A DNA stretch of 64,000 nt from an uncultured Bacteroidales bacterium (GTDB lineage: Bacteria > Bacteroidota > Bacteroidia > Bacteroidales > CHK158-818): positions 391 through 64,390 of the forward strand of contig CASGEW010000010.1 in NCBI GenBank assembly GCA_949300615.1, given 5' to 3'. Below the pieces are notes generated by a model. That model searched no databases. It was not told where the DNA came from and saw only the letters and a list, made by a program, of their open reading frames with translations. How positions within the stretch are numbered: position 1 is the stretch's first letter; the number at the start of each line of letters is the position of its first letter. Positions 1 to 9,475 of this stretch are shown one piece after another. The translations under genes and the position numbers were made by a program.

Positions 1-431
1 AGTGCTGAGACAATTTGCGGGTTCAATCGGGTACAAATCTCTTTTCTATTACGGATACCCTCGATCAGATTTTCTATACATTGAAATTGTGTAGGGGTTA
101 GCGAAACAAGAGGATGGAAACGAATGTAAACATGACTTTGGGTGTCGGCGATGGAGTCGAGGGAAGAAAGAACGAAATCGAAATCGGCCCTTCCTACAAC
201 TCCTTGTAGATCGTCACTGAAACTGTGGATGTATGTTTGAGAGAAAGCGGGATATATGTATAAGTCTCCCTCTTGTATATTGTACGGATGCTCGTCCATT
301 ATAAGGGATATCTTTCCGCGTTTACAAAGTAAAAATCCGTTCTGTTCAAGACAAATTACGGAATTATGTCTCTTTACGTTGTCGCTGTTTATATTTAATA
401 TCTCGACATTGGAAACTTCGATCGTATTCAT
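1..431 (-). CDS. AraC-type transcriptional regulator, N-terminal portion (partial; continues past the window start)
   Basis: Manual reverse translation from the ATG at 431-429 gives MNTIEVSNVEILNINSDNVKRHNSVICLEQNGFLLCKRGKISLIMDEHPYNIQEGDLYIYPAFSQTYIHSFSDDLQGVVGRADFDFVLSS..., open to position 1. The effector-domain layout with the S-D-(D/F)-x-G..DFDF pattern resembles Bacteroidota AraC regulators. It is divergent from an efflux operon. The HTH part is outside the window. Confidence 0.5.
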   Translation of the reverse strand, partial: MNTIEVSNVEILNINSDNVKRHNSVICLEQNGFLLCKRGKISLIMDEHPYNIQEGDLYIYPAFSQTYIHSFSDDLQGVVGRADFDFVLSSLDSIADTQSHVYIRFHPLVSLTPTQFQCIENLIEGIRNRKEICTRLNPQIVSA

Positions 432-597
432 GTTTTATCAGGTTTTTCTACAAAGGAAACAAAAAAGAGACAAAAAGGATGCATTTTCTGTGTTATAATC
501 GCTGAAAATCGAACATATTGTACAATGATGCGGCGTTTTCGTTCCCCTGTATCTTCCTTTTATCGCCTAACTTTAAATTTTAATTTAAATATTATAT

Positions 598-1668
598 ATG
601 AGAAAGAATCATGTTATAGCATGGATGCTCATGGGGGGATTGCTGTGGGTTTGTTCATGCAATCATCGGGAGACAGCGGAAACAGAAGTAACCAATGTCC
701 GTCTTTTTACGGTCAAGAGTTCGGATGTAATGTCTGTACAGGATTTTCCGGGACGAGTTTTGGCCGATGAAGAGGTGAATTTAGCGTTTAAAGTCGGCGG
801 AACGTTGATACGTGTGTATGTCGAAGATGGAAGCGAGGTCAAGAAAGGGCAACTTGTGGCGGAAATTGATCCACGGGATTATCAAGTTCAGTTCGATGCG
901 ACGCAGGCAGTGTATTTGAGTGTTAAATCGGAAGCCGAACGAGTGATGGCGCTTTATGCCGACAGCGTGGGTACGGCTAATACATACGACAAAGTACGTT
1001 ATGGATTACAGCAGATGAGTGCTAAGTATGAAAATGCCCGGAATCAGTTGGCCGATACAAAAATCTATGCTCCATTTAACGGGTATGTACAAAAACGGAT
1101 GTTTGATCCTCCGACAGTTGTTGCTGCTGGGATGCCTGTCGTGTCGCTTGTTTCTGAAAGTCGGCTGCTTATTGAAATCAATATTCCGGCTTCTTCCTAC
1201 ATCCGACGCAAGGAGATTGTTTCTTTTTGTACTTCGTTTGATTTTATCCCTCATCAAGAAATTCCGCTTCGTTTGGTCAGCGTGGCTCCTAAGGCGAATG
1301 CCAATCAGCTGTACGCGGTACGTCTTGCGTTTCCGCAAGGGATGCCTTCTCAACCTTCGCCCGGGATGAGTGCCATGGTTAAGGTTCTATTTAATGATAC
1401 GATAGAAGGAAAGACGGAGGTTCCATCTTCTGCATTGTTCAACAAAAATGGACGAAGCTGTGTCTGGGTTTATGATGAAAAAAACGGGGTAGTAAAGCAA
1501 CGTGACGTATCGGTAGAGCGATTCGATACCCAAGGCAATGCTATTCTTAAACAGGGAATCTCCGCCGGAGAATCGGTTGTTGCTTTCGGAGTCCATAAGC
1601 TGAATGATAACCAGAAAGTGAAACCGGTAACATCTGAAAGCGAAACCAATATAGGAGGTTTGTTATGA
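598..1668 (+). CDS. efflux RND transporter periplasmic adaptor (membrane-fusion/HlyD-like) lipoprotein
   Basis: 356-aa ORF with an ATG start and a lipoprotein-type signal (LLWVCSC). It carries MFP-family lipoyl-hairpin motifs (GQLVAEIDPRDYQ ... TKIYAPFNGYV). It overlaps the downstream pump gene by 4 nt. Confidence 0.9.
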   Translation: MRKNHVIAWMLMGGLLWVCSCNHRETAETEVTNVRLFTVKSSDVMSVQDFPGRVLADEEVNLAFKVGGTLIRVYVEDGSEVKKGQLVAEIDPRDYQVQFDATQAVYLSVKSEAERVMALYADSVGTANTYDKVRYGLQQMSAKYENARNQLADTKIYAPFNGYVQKRMFDPPTVVAAGMPVVSLVSESRLLIEINIPASSYIRRKEIVSFCTSFDFIPHQEIPLRLVSVAPKANANQLYAVRLAFPQGMPSQPSPGMSAMVKVLFNDTIEGKTEVPSSALFNKNGRSCVWVYDEKNGVVKQRDVSVERFDTQGNAILKQGISAGESVVAFGVHKLNDNQKVKPVTSESETNIGGLL

Positions 1669-4600
1669 TTGATTTAGGAAAGTGGGTTTTCGATAACAAG
1701 AAATTGGTCTATTTCTTGGTGGCCGTTTTATGTGTCGGAGGAGTTTATGCCGCATACGACATGAGTAAATTGGAAGATCCGGAAATCAAGGTTAAAATGG
1801 CGATGGTCGTGGCAACCCGTCCCGGGGCTTCTGCTCATGAAATGGAAATGGAAGTTACAGAGCCGTTGGAAAAAAGCATACGTACCATTGGTGAAGTGGA
1901 TTGTGTATATAGTTGGTCGTACAATGATTTGGCGATTCTCCAAGTGGAAATGAAACGAACCATTCCCGATGATGAGATTGAACAATGTTGGGATATGCTT
2001 CGCCGCAAAGTATCGGATACGGAAGCTGTTTTACCGGAAGGTTCATCGGTGCAGGTCCAGGATGATTTTGGTTTGGTATATGGGATGCTATATACATTGA
2101 CCGGGAGTGGTATGGATTTTCGTCAGTTGTCTGATTATGCCCGGTTGATACAGCGTGAATTGAAAAATCTGGAAGGTGTGGCCCGTGTTATTGTTTACGG
2201 GGAACAGGAAAAATGCATCAACATCGAGATGCTTCCCGAACGCATGGCAACATTGGGCGTTTCTCCTGCCGAGGTACTCCTTACGTTAAAAGGACAGAAC
2301 GGTATTTTTTATACGGGATATTACGATAACGGGTCTAAACGGGTGCGTGTAACGGTCAACGATAAGTTTCGGGAAGTGGAGCAGATTCGGCAAATGATCA
2401 TACAGGGACATGAGAATGATCTGTTGCGTTTATGCGATATTGCAAAGGTGAAAGAGGATTATATCACCCCGGTACGCAATGCCATGAATTATAACGGGGA
2501 ACCTGCTTTGGGTATTGCCGTTGCTGCGGCTTCGGGGACGGATATCCTGAAAGTGGAACAGAACGTAGAGCGACGGTTGGCAAAATTGAAAGAGGACCTT
2601 TTCCCGGCAGGAGTCGAATATCACAAGGTTTTTTATCAACCTGAACGGGTGAAGAGCGCTTTGACGACCTTTTTTATCAATTTGGTAGAGTCTGTAATCA
2701 TCGTTGTGGCTATTTTGATGCTTACCATGGGTTTTAAAAGTGGTGTGATTATAGGTTTGAGTTTGATCATTACGGTTGCCGGATCGATTTTCCTGTTGGG
2801 TGTGGCCGACGGATCCATGCAGCGGGTATCATTGGCGACGTTTATTTTGGCGATGGGGATGTTGGTGGATAATGCCATTGTGATAATTGATGGGATTCTG
2901 GTTGATTTGAAACGGGGTAAACCGCGTATGGAGGCAATGACTGCTATCGGAAGAAAAACCGCTATCCCGTTACTTGGAGCTACACTCATTGCTATTCTTG
3001 CGTTTCTTCCTGTATTCCTTTCTCCCGATACGGCAGGTGTTTATGTCAGGGATTTGTTCATTGTTCTTGCCGTATCTCTCTTGTTGAGCTGGATATTGGC
3101 CCTTGTTCATGTTCCTTTGATGGCGAACAGTTGGTTGAGGTCGTCCTGCTCGGAGAAAAAAGATGAAAAGGCTTTGTACGACGGTCGTGTATATAGTTGG
3201 CTTCGGGCTGCCCTGAATTTTGGATTGCGTCACAGGGTTTCCTCTATTTTTGTGGCAGTTGTTTTCGTGGCTTTGAGTGTATTCGGTTATCCATTTATGC
3301 GCCAAGGATTTTCCCTGATATGGAATACGACCAGCTTTATATGGAATATAAACTTCCGGAGGGGATCAATTCCGATCAGGTGGCCAGGGATTTGGAGGAG
3401 ATACGTACTTACTTGAAAAAATATCCGGAAATCCGGGATGTTACAACTTCGATTGGAGGTACGCCCGCTCGTTATAATCTTGTACGCAGCGTTGCTACTC
3501 CGTCGTTGTCGTATGGAGAGTTGATCATAGATTTTGAATCACCTGAATCGTTGGAGGAAAAAATAGATGAGATTCAGCAATATCTTTTGACTCAGTATCC
3601 GGATGCCTATGTCAAACTGAAAAGGTATAATATCATGTATAAAAAATACCCTATTGAGGCGTTGTTTACGGGTCCCGACCCTGCCGTACTCCATGCTTTG
3701 GCCGATTCTGCCCGGAGAATAATGGAACAAACGCCCGAAGTTTGTCTTATTACGACCGATTGGGAACCGCGTATGCCGGTATTGGAGATTGATTACGATC
3801 AACCCTCGGAACGCCGTTCCGGTTTGAGCAGGCAAGATATTTCAACCTCCGTGCTGTCTGCAACAGGAGGAATTCCCGTAGGGAACTTTTACGATGGTAT
3901 ATATAAAAATACGATCTATTTAAAATGTGTGGAACAACAGGGAGAAAAGATGGACAACCTGGAAAATGTTCCTCTGTTTTCAGCCCTACCCAACATAAGC
4001 AGTTTGTTGGATGAAGAGACTCTGTTGAAAATAGAGACAGGGACAATGGACCTGAGCGATCTGATCGAATCGGCTATGCATACTACTCCGTTGAAACAGG
4101 TTAGCCAAGGTATAAACGTGGGATGGGAGGTCCCTGTCGTCCCTCGTTATAACGGACAACGTGCACAGACTGTCATGTGTTCGCCTGCACCGGGGATTGA
4201 AACCGAGAAGGCTCGGAAGGCCATTGCCGAAAAGATAGAAAATTTGCCTTTTCCCGAGGGATACAAATTGCAATGGATGGGGGAAAAGGATGCCAGTACA
4301 CAGACCATGCACGATTTGTTTAAGAACGTGCCATTGGGTATTGTCCTGATGTTGGTAATTCTTATTTTCTTGTTCAAGGATTATCGTAAACCGATGATTA
4401 TCATTTGTTGTGTCCCACTGCTTGCCATAGGTATAGTCGGGGCTATATTGTTGACAGGACAATCGTTCACGTTTTGTGCCATTGTCGGTGCATTGGGATT
4501 GATTGGTATGATGATAAAGAATTGTATTGTGTTGTTGGACGAGATAGAAGAGCAGATTCAGTCCGGCATAAAGCCCCGGAAGGCTCTTGTGTCCAGTTCA

Positions 4601-4789
4601 GAAAGCCGTTTGCGCCCTGTAATGATGGCCTCTTTAACGACCATTCTCGGGATGATACCGTTACTGAATGACCCCTTGTTTGGTTCGATGGCGGTTACCA
4701 TAATGGGTGGTCTGTTTTTTTCTACGTTGGCAACGTTGTTTTTTGTACCGGTGTTCTATGCAATGTTTTTCAAAATTAAAATAAAATGA
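1665..4789 (+). pseudogene. efflux RND transporter permease (AcrB/HAE1-like), frame broken by a 1-nt deletion in a T-run (true pseudogene or assembly error)
   Basis: Two overlapping ORFs (1665..3416 in frame 0, 3197..4789 in frame 2) together make about 1040 aa of RND pump. The frame-0 reading ...PFMRQGF continues in frame 2 as FPDMEYDQLYMEYKLPEG. A fifth T in the run at 3309-3312 restores GFFPDMEYDQ. Confidence 0.85.
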
Positions 4790-6123
4790 AACGAATATTG
4801 TTATATATATTGTTCGGTATCCCGTTTATGGGGTATGCACAGACGGTTATGACATTGGATGATTGTATCCGGTTGGCGAAAGAAAATAATAAGAAGATAG
4901 GGGCATCTGAACAACTGTTTTTGTCTTCTTTGCATGATAGACATGGGGCAAAGTCTCTTTTCTTCCCATCGTTTTCTTTAACAGGGGGAACTCTTTACTC
5001 TACTTCCGATGGATCGTATTCGAGCGGTAACGCACATCTTCCTGTTTTGGATGCAGACGGTATCCCTACCGGACAGTCGGCTTTTTTCCCGGGTTTTGAC
5101 CTTTCTTACGATTTGGGTTGGATATACAACGGAGGTATCAAAGTAGAACAACCCATTTATATGGGTGGTAAAATACAGGCAGGGTATCGAATGGCAAAAA
5201 TAGGAAATGAGATTGCCGGTTTGAACAAGCGCTTGACGGAAGCGGAGATCATTGTGGAAACATCCCGTGCATATGCGGAGGTGGTGCGTACCAAGGAATT
5301 GATGCAAGTGGCGGTTGCTTACCACGGTTTGTTGACGGAATTGATGCGCACGGTGGAAAGTGGCCGAAAACATGGAATGAAATCGCAAAATGAGGTGTTG
5401 AAGGTGAAGGTTAAGTTGAATGAGAGTGAGTTGAATTTACGCCGTGCAGAGAACGGGCATCGGTTAGCAAAGATGAATTTGTGCTATTATATCGGTGTCC
5501 CGTTGACGAAACAAATAGAGATAGACGGGATATTGCCTGATACGAGCGATGATTATGGTCGGGATTCTTCTATTTGTAATAGGCCGGAATATCAGATATT
5601 CGAGCAAAAAGTGGGGTTGGCAAAGCAACAAATTGTTGTGGCAAGGAGCGAGTATTTACCGCAAATAGGTTTGGTGGGACAGTATGGTTATTCTAACGGC
5701 ATTGAATTGAACGGCTGCAAATTGTTCGATGACTGGAATCTTCATGTTGGCATACAGCTTTCCATTCCGGTTTTTGATTTTGGACGTCGGATGAATAAGA
5801 TAAAATCGGCCCAATTTCAATATGCTCAGAAACAGATGGAGCGCGAGGATGCTAATGAACAAATGATGCTTGAAATGGCTCAGTCGTTTAATACTCTGGA
5901 CGAGGCTTTTCTTGAACGGGATTTAGCGGAATCGTCGGTAACTTCGGCGGAAGAGAATCTGCGGACGAGTCGCCTGCAATATGAAAAGGGGGTTGAACTG
6001 CTTTCGGATTATCTGGAAGCACAGACCTTATGGCAACAGGCTCGACAGACTCAGGTGGATGCTCGCATCAATTGTTTCCTGAGATGGCTCGAATACCAAA
6101 AGACGACAGGGAACATAAATTGA
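4786..6123 (+). CDS. TolC-family outer-membrane efflux protein
   Basis: 445-aa ORF with a signal peptide and two repeated alpha-helical/beta-barrel halves typical of OMF proteins. It overlaps the RND pump stop by 4 nt and is the third gene of the efflux operon. Confidence 0.9.
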   Translation: MKRILLYILFGIPFMGYAQTVMTLDDCIRLAKENNKKIGASEQLFLSSLHDRHGAKSLFFPSFSLTGGTLYSTSDGSYSSGNAHLPVLDADGIPTGQSAFFPGFDLSYDLGWIYNGGIKVEQPIYMGGKIQAGYRMAKIGNEIAGLNKRLTEAEIIVETSRAYAEVVRTKELMQVAVAYHGLLTELMRTVESGRKHGMKSQNEVLKVKVKLNESELNLRRAENGHRLAKMNLCYYIGVPLTKQIEIDGILPDTSDDYGRDSSICNRPEYQIFEQKVGLAKQQIVVARSEYLPQIGLVGQYGYSNGIELNGCKLFDDWNLHVGIQLSIPVFDFGRRMNKIKSAQFQYAQKQMEREDANEQMMLEMAQSFNTLDEAFLERDLAESSVTSAEENLRTSRLQYEKGVELLSDYLEAQTLWQQARQTQVDARINCFLRWLEYQKTTGNIN

Positions 6124-6214
6124 TAACCGAGGTGTTGGCCGTTGATACCTGCCGTATGACATATCCGGAAATGGTCAGAGAGAATTAGAATAACAAACTT
6201 AAAAATATTTGAAT

Positions 6215-6433
6215 ATGAACTGGAACAGAAATGCAATCGGGAAGAATGCCGGTATCGTATGGGAAGTTTTAAACGATAACGAAATGTTGTGGGAAGAGTT
6301 GTTGGAAAGTACGGGGCTTTCTCCCTTGGAATTGGCAAGCGCTATTGGTTGGCTGGCACGGGAAAATAAGGTAAACGTCCATTTTAATCGAGATGAGACT
6401 TATTTTAGTATTTATCACGAGAATTATTTTTGA
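6215..6433 (+). CDS. small winged-helix protein (DUF2582-like)
   Basis: The track ORF starts at a TTG (6209); the first ATG is at 6215. The sequence NAGIVWEVLNDNEMLWEELLESTGLSPLELASAIGWLARENKV matches the pattern I associate with DUF2582 wHTH proteins of Bacteroidota. Confidence 0.6.
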   Translation: MNWNRNAIGKNAGIVWEVLNDNEMLWEELLESTGLSPLELASAIGWLARENKVNVHFNRDETYFSIYHENYF

Positions 6434-6560
6434 TGGGGATCGGAAAAGCTCGGGGAAACAGGGGGAGTATGTCTCTTGTTTTTATGAGAGTGGAATGATA
6501 GAAAATAGATTGATCCTGTTTATGGGGTAATAAAATGCCCGGTATTTGGTTAAAAAAAGC

Positions 6561-6596
6561 ACCCCCGAATAGAACAATATTGTTTTATCCGGGGGT
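6561..6596. terminator. imperfect stem-loop between convergent genes
   Basis: acccccgaatagaacaat/attgttttatccgggggt pairs at 16 of 18 positions. It is preceded by an A7 run and followed by T-rich sequence. It lies between the DUF2582-like gene (+) and the fumarase gene (-). Confidence 0.5.
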
Positions 6597-6764
6597 AACC
6601 TTTCTAAGGGTGTTTATCCTACATCTTATGTTGTTTGTGCAGATGTTGTACCTTTAATAGATACATTGTTTCTTGCTTTTCAGTGTATGATTCGTCCAGG
6701 TGTTTCGGATCAAGAGGCGAAAATTTATTCCTGATTTCCGATGTATTGTTTATTGGCAAGATAC

Positions 6765-8405
6765 TTAGCATTTCCCTGGGCAACGGGGTTTTAACTGTTT
6801 GAAGAAGTCGTTGCCTTTGTCATCTACCAAAATGAAGGCGGGGAAATCTTCTACCTCTATTTTCCAGATAGCCTCCATTCCCAGTTCGGGGTATTCAATA
6901 CATTCGATGCTCTTGATGTTGTTTTGGGCCAGGATGGCAGCCGGTCCTCCGATAGATCCCAGGTAGAATCCGCCATGTTTTTTGCAGGCGTCGGTAACAG
7001 CTTGGCTGCGGTTTCCTTTGGCCAGCATGATCATGCTGCCTCCGTGTTCCTGGAACAGGTCAACGTACGGGTCCATACGGCCGGCCGTGGTGGGGCCCAT
7101 GGAGCCGCAAGCCATCCCTTTGGGCGTTTTAGCCGGTCCGGCATAGTAAATGGGGTGGTCTTTGATGTATTGGGGTAACTCTTCGCCCCGGTCTAACCGT
7201 TCTTTTAACTTGGCGTGGGCGATGTCGCGGCCTACAATGATCGTACCGTTCAGTGACAAGCGGGTGGCTACCGGGTATTTGGTCAACTCTTTCAAGATGT
7301 TTTCCATCGGTTGGTTCAGGTCTATTTTTACGGCATCACCTTCGCCGGCTTGACGCAATTCTTCCGGGATCAGTTCGCCGGGTTTGTCATCCATCTTTTC
7401 GATCCAGATACCTTCTTGGTTGATTTTGCATTTGATGTTGCGGTCGGCCGAGCAGGAGACGCCCAAGCCGATCGGGCAGGAGGCTCCGTGGCGGGGCAGG
7501 CGGATGATACGGACATCGTGGGCCATGTATTTCCCTCCGAATTGTGCGCCTAATCCGATTTTGTAAGCCTCTTCCAAAACCAGTTTTTCGAGTTCTATGT
7601 CGCGGAAAGCGCGGCCGTATTCGTTGCCGGTGGTCGGCAGCTCGTCGTAGTAATGGGTGGAGGCCAGTTTTACGGTCAGCAGGTTCTTTTCGGCCGAAGT
7701 CCCCCCGATGACGAATGCGATATGGTAGGGAGGGCAGGCTGCTGTTCCGAGGGTTTTCATCTTTTCTACCAAAAAAGGCACTAAGGTTGCCGGGTTCAAT
7801 ACGGCTTTGGTCTCTTGGTACAGGTAGGTCTTGTTAGCAGAACCTCCTCCTTTGGTAACGCAAAGGAATTTGTATTCCATCCCCTCCGTGGCTTCGATGT
7901 CTATTTGTGCCGGAAGGTTGCATTTGGTGTTTACTTCGTCGTACATGGTCAGCGGGGCGTTCTGGGAGTAGCGCAGGTTCTCTTCGGTATATGTCTTGTA
8001 AACCCCTTTTGACAGCGCTTCTTCGTCGCAGTAACCGGTCCATACCTGTTGCCCTTTCTCGCCGTGGATAATGGCGGTTCCCGTGTCCTGGCAAAGCGGG
8101 AGTTTCCCTTTGGCCGATACTTCGGCATTGCGCAGGAATGTCAAGGCTACGTATTTGTCGTTGTCGCTGGCTTCGGGGTCGCTCAATATCTTGGCTACTT
8201 GCTCGTTGTGCGAACGGCGGAGCAGGAAAGAGACATCCCGGAAAGCGGCATTGGCCATGGCCGTCAGTCCCTCTTTTTCTATTTTCAGGATGGGTTTCCC
8301 TTCAAATTCGCTGACCGATACGTAATCTTTGGTGAGTAAATAATATTCTGTCTTATCAGGCCCTAAATCGAACATGGGTTGATAGTGGAATTCGGGTGTT
8401 GCCAT
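6765..8405 (-). CDS. class I (Fe-S, FumA/FumB-type) fumarate hydratase
   Basis: 546-aa ORF beginning [31 protein letters not shown], with ...CQDTGTAII... and ...GGTSAE.... Length and motifs are typical of class I fumarases. Confidence 0.95.
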   Translation of the reverse strand: MATPEFHYQPMFDLGPDKTEYYLLTKDYVSVSEFEGKPILKIEKEGLTAMANAAFRDVSFLLRRSHNEQVAKILSDPEASDNDKYVALTFLRNAEVSAKGKLPLCQDTGTAIIHGEKGQQVWTGYCDEEALSKGVYKTYTEENLRYSQNAPLTMYDEVNTKCNLPAQIDIEATEGMEYKFLCVTKGGGSANKTYLYQETKAVLNPATLVPFLVEKMKTLGTAACPPYHIAFVIGGTSAEKNLLTVKLASTHYYDELPTTGNEYGRAFRDIELEKLVLEEAYKIGLGAQFGGKYMAHDVRIIRLPRHGASCPIGLGVSCSADRNIKCKINQEGIWIEKMDDKPGELIPEELRQAGEGDAVKIDLNQPMENILKELTKYPVATRLSLNGTIIVGRDIAHAKLKERLDRGEELPQYIKDHPIYYAGPAKTPKGMACGSMGPTTAGRMDPYVDLFQEHGGSMIMLAKGNRSQAVTDACKKHGGFYLGSIGGPAAILAQNNIKSIECIEYPELGMEAIWKIEVEDFPAFILVDDKGNDFFKQLKPRCPGKC

Positions 8406-8438
8406 ATCAGTAAAGTATTTAAGTTTTGTTTTGTCCTA

Positions 8439-8446
8439 CAAAAATA
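8439..8446 (-). promoter_or_regulatory. -7 box (TATTTTTG on the minus strand) for the fumarase gene
   Basis: caaaaata on the plus strand equals TAnnTTTG on the minus strand, 34 nt upstream of the ATG at 8405. Confidence 0.5.
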
Positions 8447-8558
8447 CGGAATCTTTTCTATATGGGGAAAGGCTGTTCTCGCTAAATTTTTGCTTTTGTA
8501 TCTCTCTTTGCCTGATATGGTAAAAAAACAATATGAAGCTTTTTGAGAAAGATGATGT

Positions 8559-8568
8559 TTTTATAACA
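8559..8568 (+). promoter_or_regulatory. TTTTATAACA motif copy upstream of phage-type locus A
   Basis: Exact 10-mer, 91 nt upstream of the ATG at 8659. The same 10-mer occurs twice in the portal/876-aa intergenic region. Confidence 0.3.
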
Positions 8569-8658
8569 TGGATGGAGGAACTATTTATGCTTGTTTTGCA
8601 TTGTCAATGGGAAATATGGTAAAAAACCATCTATTAAAAACTAATTAAAAAATAAGTT

Positions 8659-9426
8659 ATGGAAAATTTTATGGAACAGAATGACGAACGGGTACAAAAG
8701 ACTCCCCGTGAGTTGTTGCGTGAAAAATTGTTGCAGTACTATCCCGACCGGAAGGTGGAGTCGGACGATGACCTTTTCGATTTGCTTTGTGAGTACGACT
8801 CGCAGATCAGCAGTTGTTACAACCGTTTGAAAGATGGACAGTTGAAATTGGCTTACCTGTTTAACGAGCATCCCAGAGTGGGGGCCTTTATTTCGGATGT
8901 TGTGTCGGGCGATGACGCGTTGTTGGCTTGTGTCCGTCATTTCGGGAAAGAATTGTTGGAAAGCGGGAACGATTTTGACACGTTGGATCGGATTCGCCGC
9001 GAAGATATGATTTACCGCGAACGACGTATGCAGCAGCGGGCCATGGAGGAAGAACGGGAACAAAATTGGGAACGCAGCGAACGTATCATTGCGGCGTTCA
9101 AAACGCAGCATGGCTTGTCGGACGAGGTGTTCGATCGCTTTCTGGAAGAGGTGTACGATTTGGTGGAGAGTATCTTCATGGGTAAATTCTCCATGCGGAC
9201 ACTGGAACTCCTCTACCGGGGGATGAATTATGAGTCGGACATGATGCAGGCCGAGATGAATGGTGAGATACGGGGAAAGAATCAGCGGATTGTCCTGGAA
9301 CGGGAACGGGCTGCCGGCGATTCGGTGCCTTCGTTGCATAACCGTACTTCGGTCGGAGCTCTTGACGACGATGACAGATTACCTCTTGCCGGATATCGCC
9401 GACAACCTTCGGTGTGGGATTTATAA
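8659..9426 (+). CDS. putative capsid scaffolding protein
   Basis: 255 aa, highly charged and acidic, with helix-prone repeats (RREDMIYRERRMQQRAMEEEREQNWERSERI). It sits immediately upstream of the capsid-like gene. The call rests on position and composition only. Confidence 0.45.
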   Translation: MENFMEQNDERVQKTPRELLREKLLQYYPDRKVESDDDLFDLLCEYDSQISSCYNRLKDGQLKLAYLFNEHPRVGAFISDVVSGDDALLACVRHFGKELLESGNDFDTLDRIRREDMIYRERRMQQRAMEEEREQNWERSERIIAAFKTQHGLSDEVFDRFLEEVYDLVESIFMGKFSMRTLELLYRGMNYESDMMQAEMNGEIRGKNQRIVLERERAAGDSVPSLHNRTSVGALDDDDRLPLAGYRRQPSVWDL

Positions 9427-9475
9427 CAAGGCCTTTGGGTAAAATTCTATGTATAACTTTAATGATTAAACAAAC

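Noticed and set aside
8641-9339. 232-aa minus-strand ORF opposite the scaffold-like gene
   Set aside because: It mirrors the plus-strand ORF. Its composition (H, F, Q, P-rich) looks like antisense noise. The plus-strand ORF has an ATG start and fits the co-directional operon.
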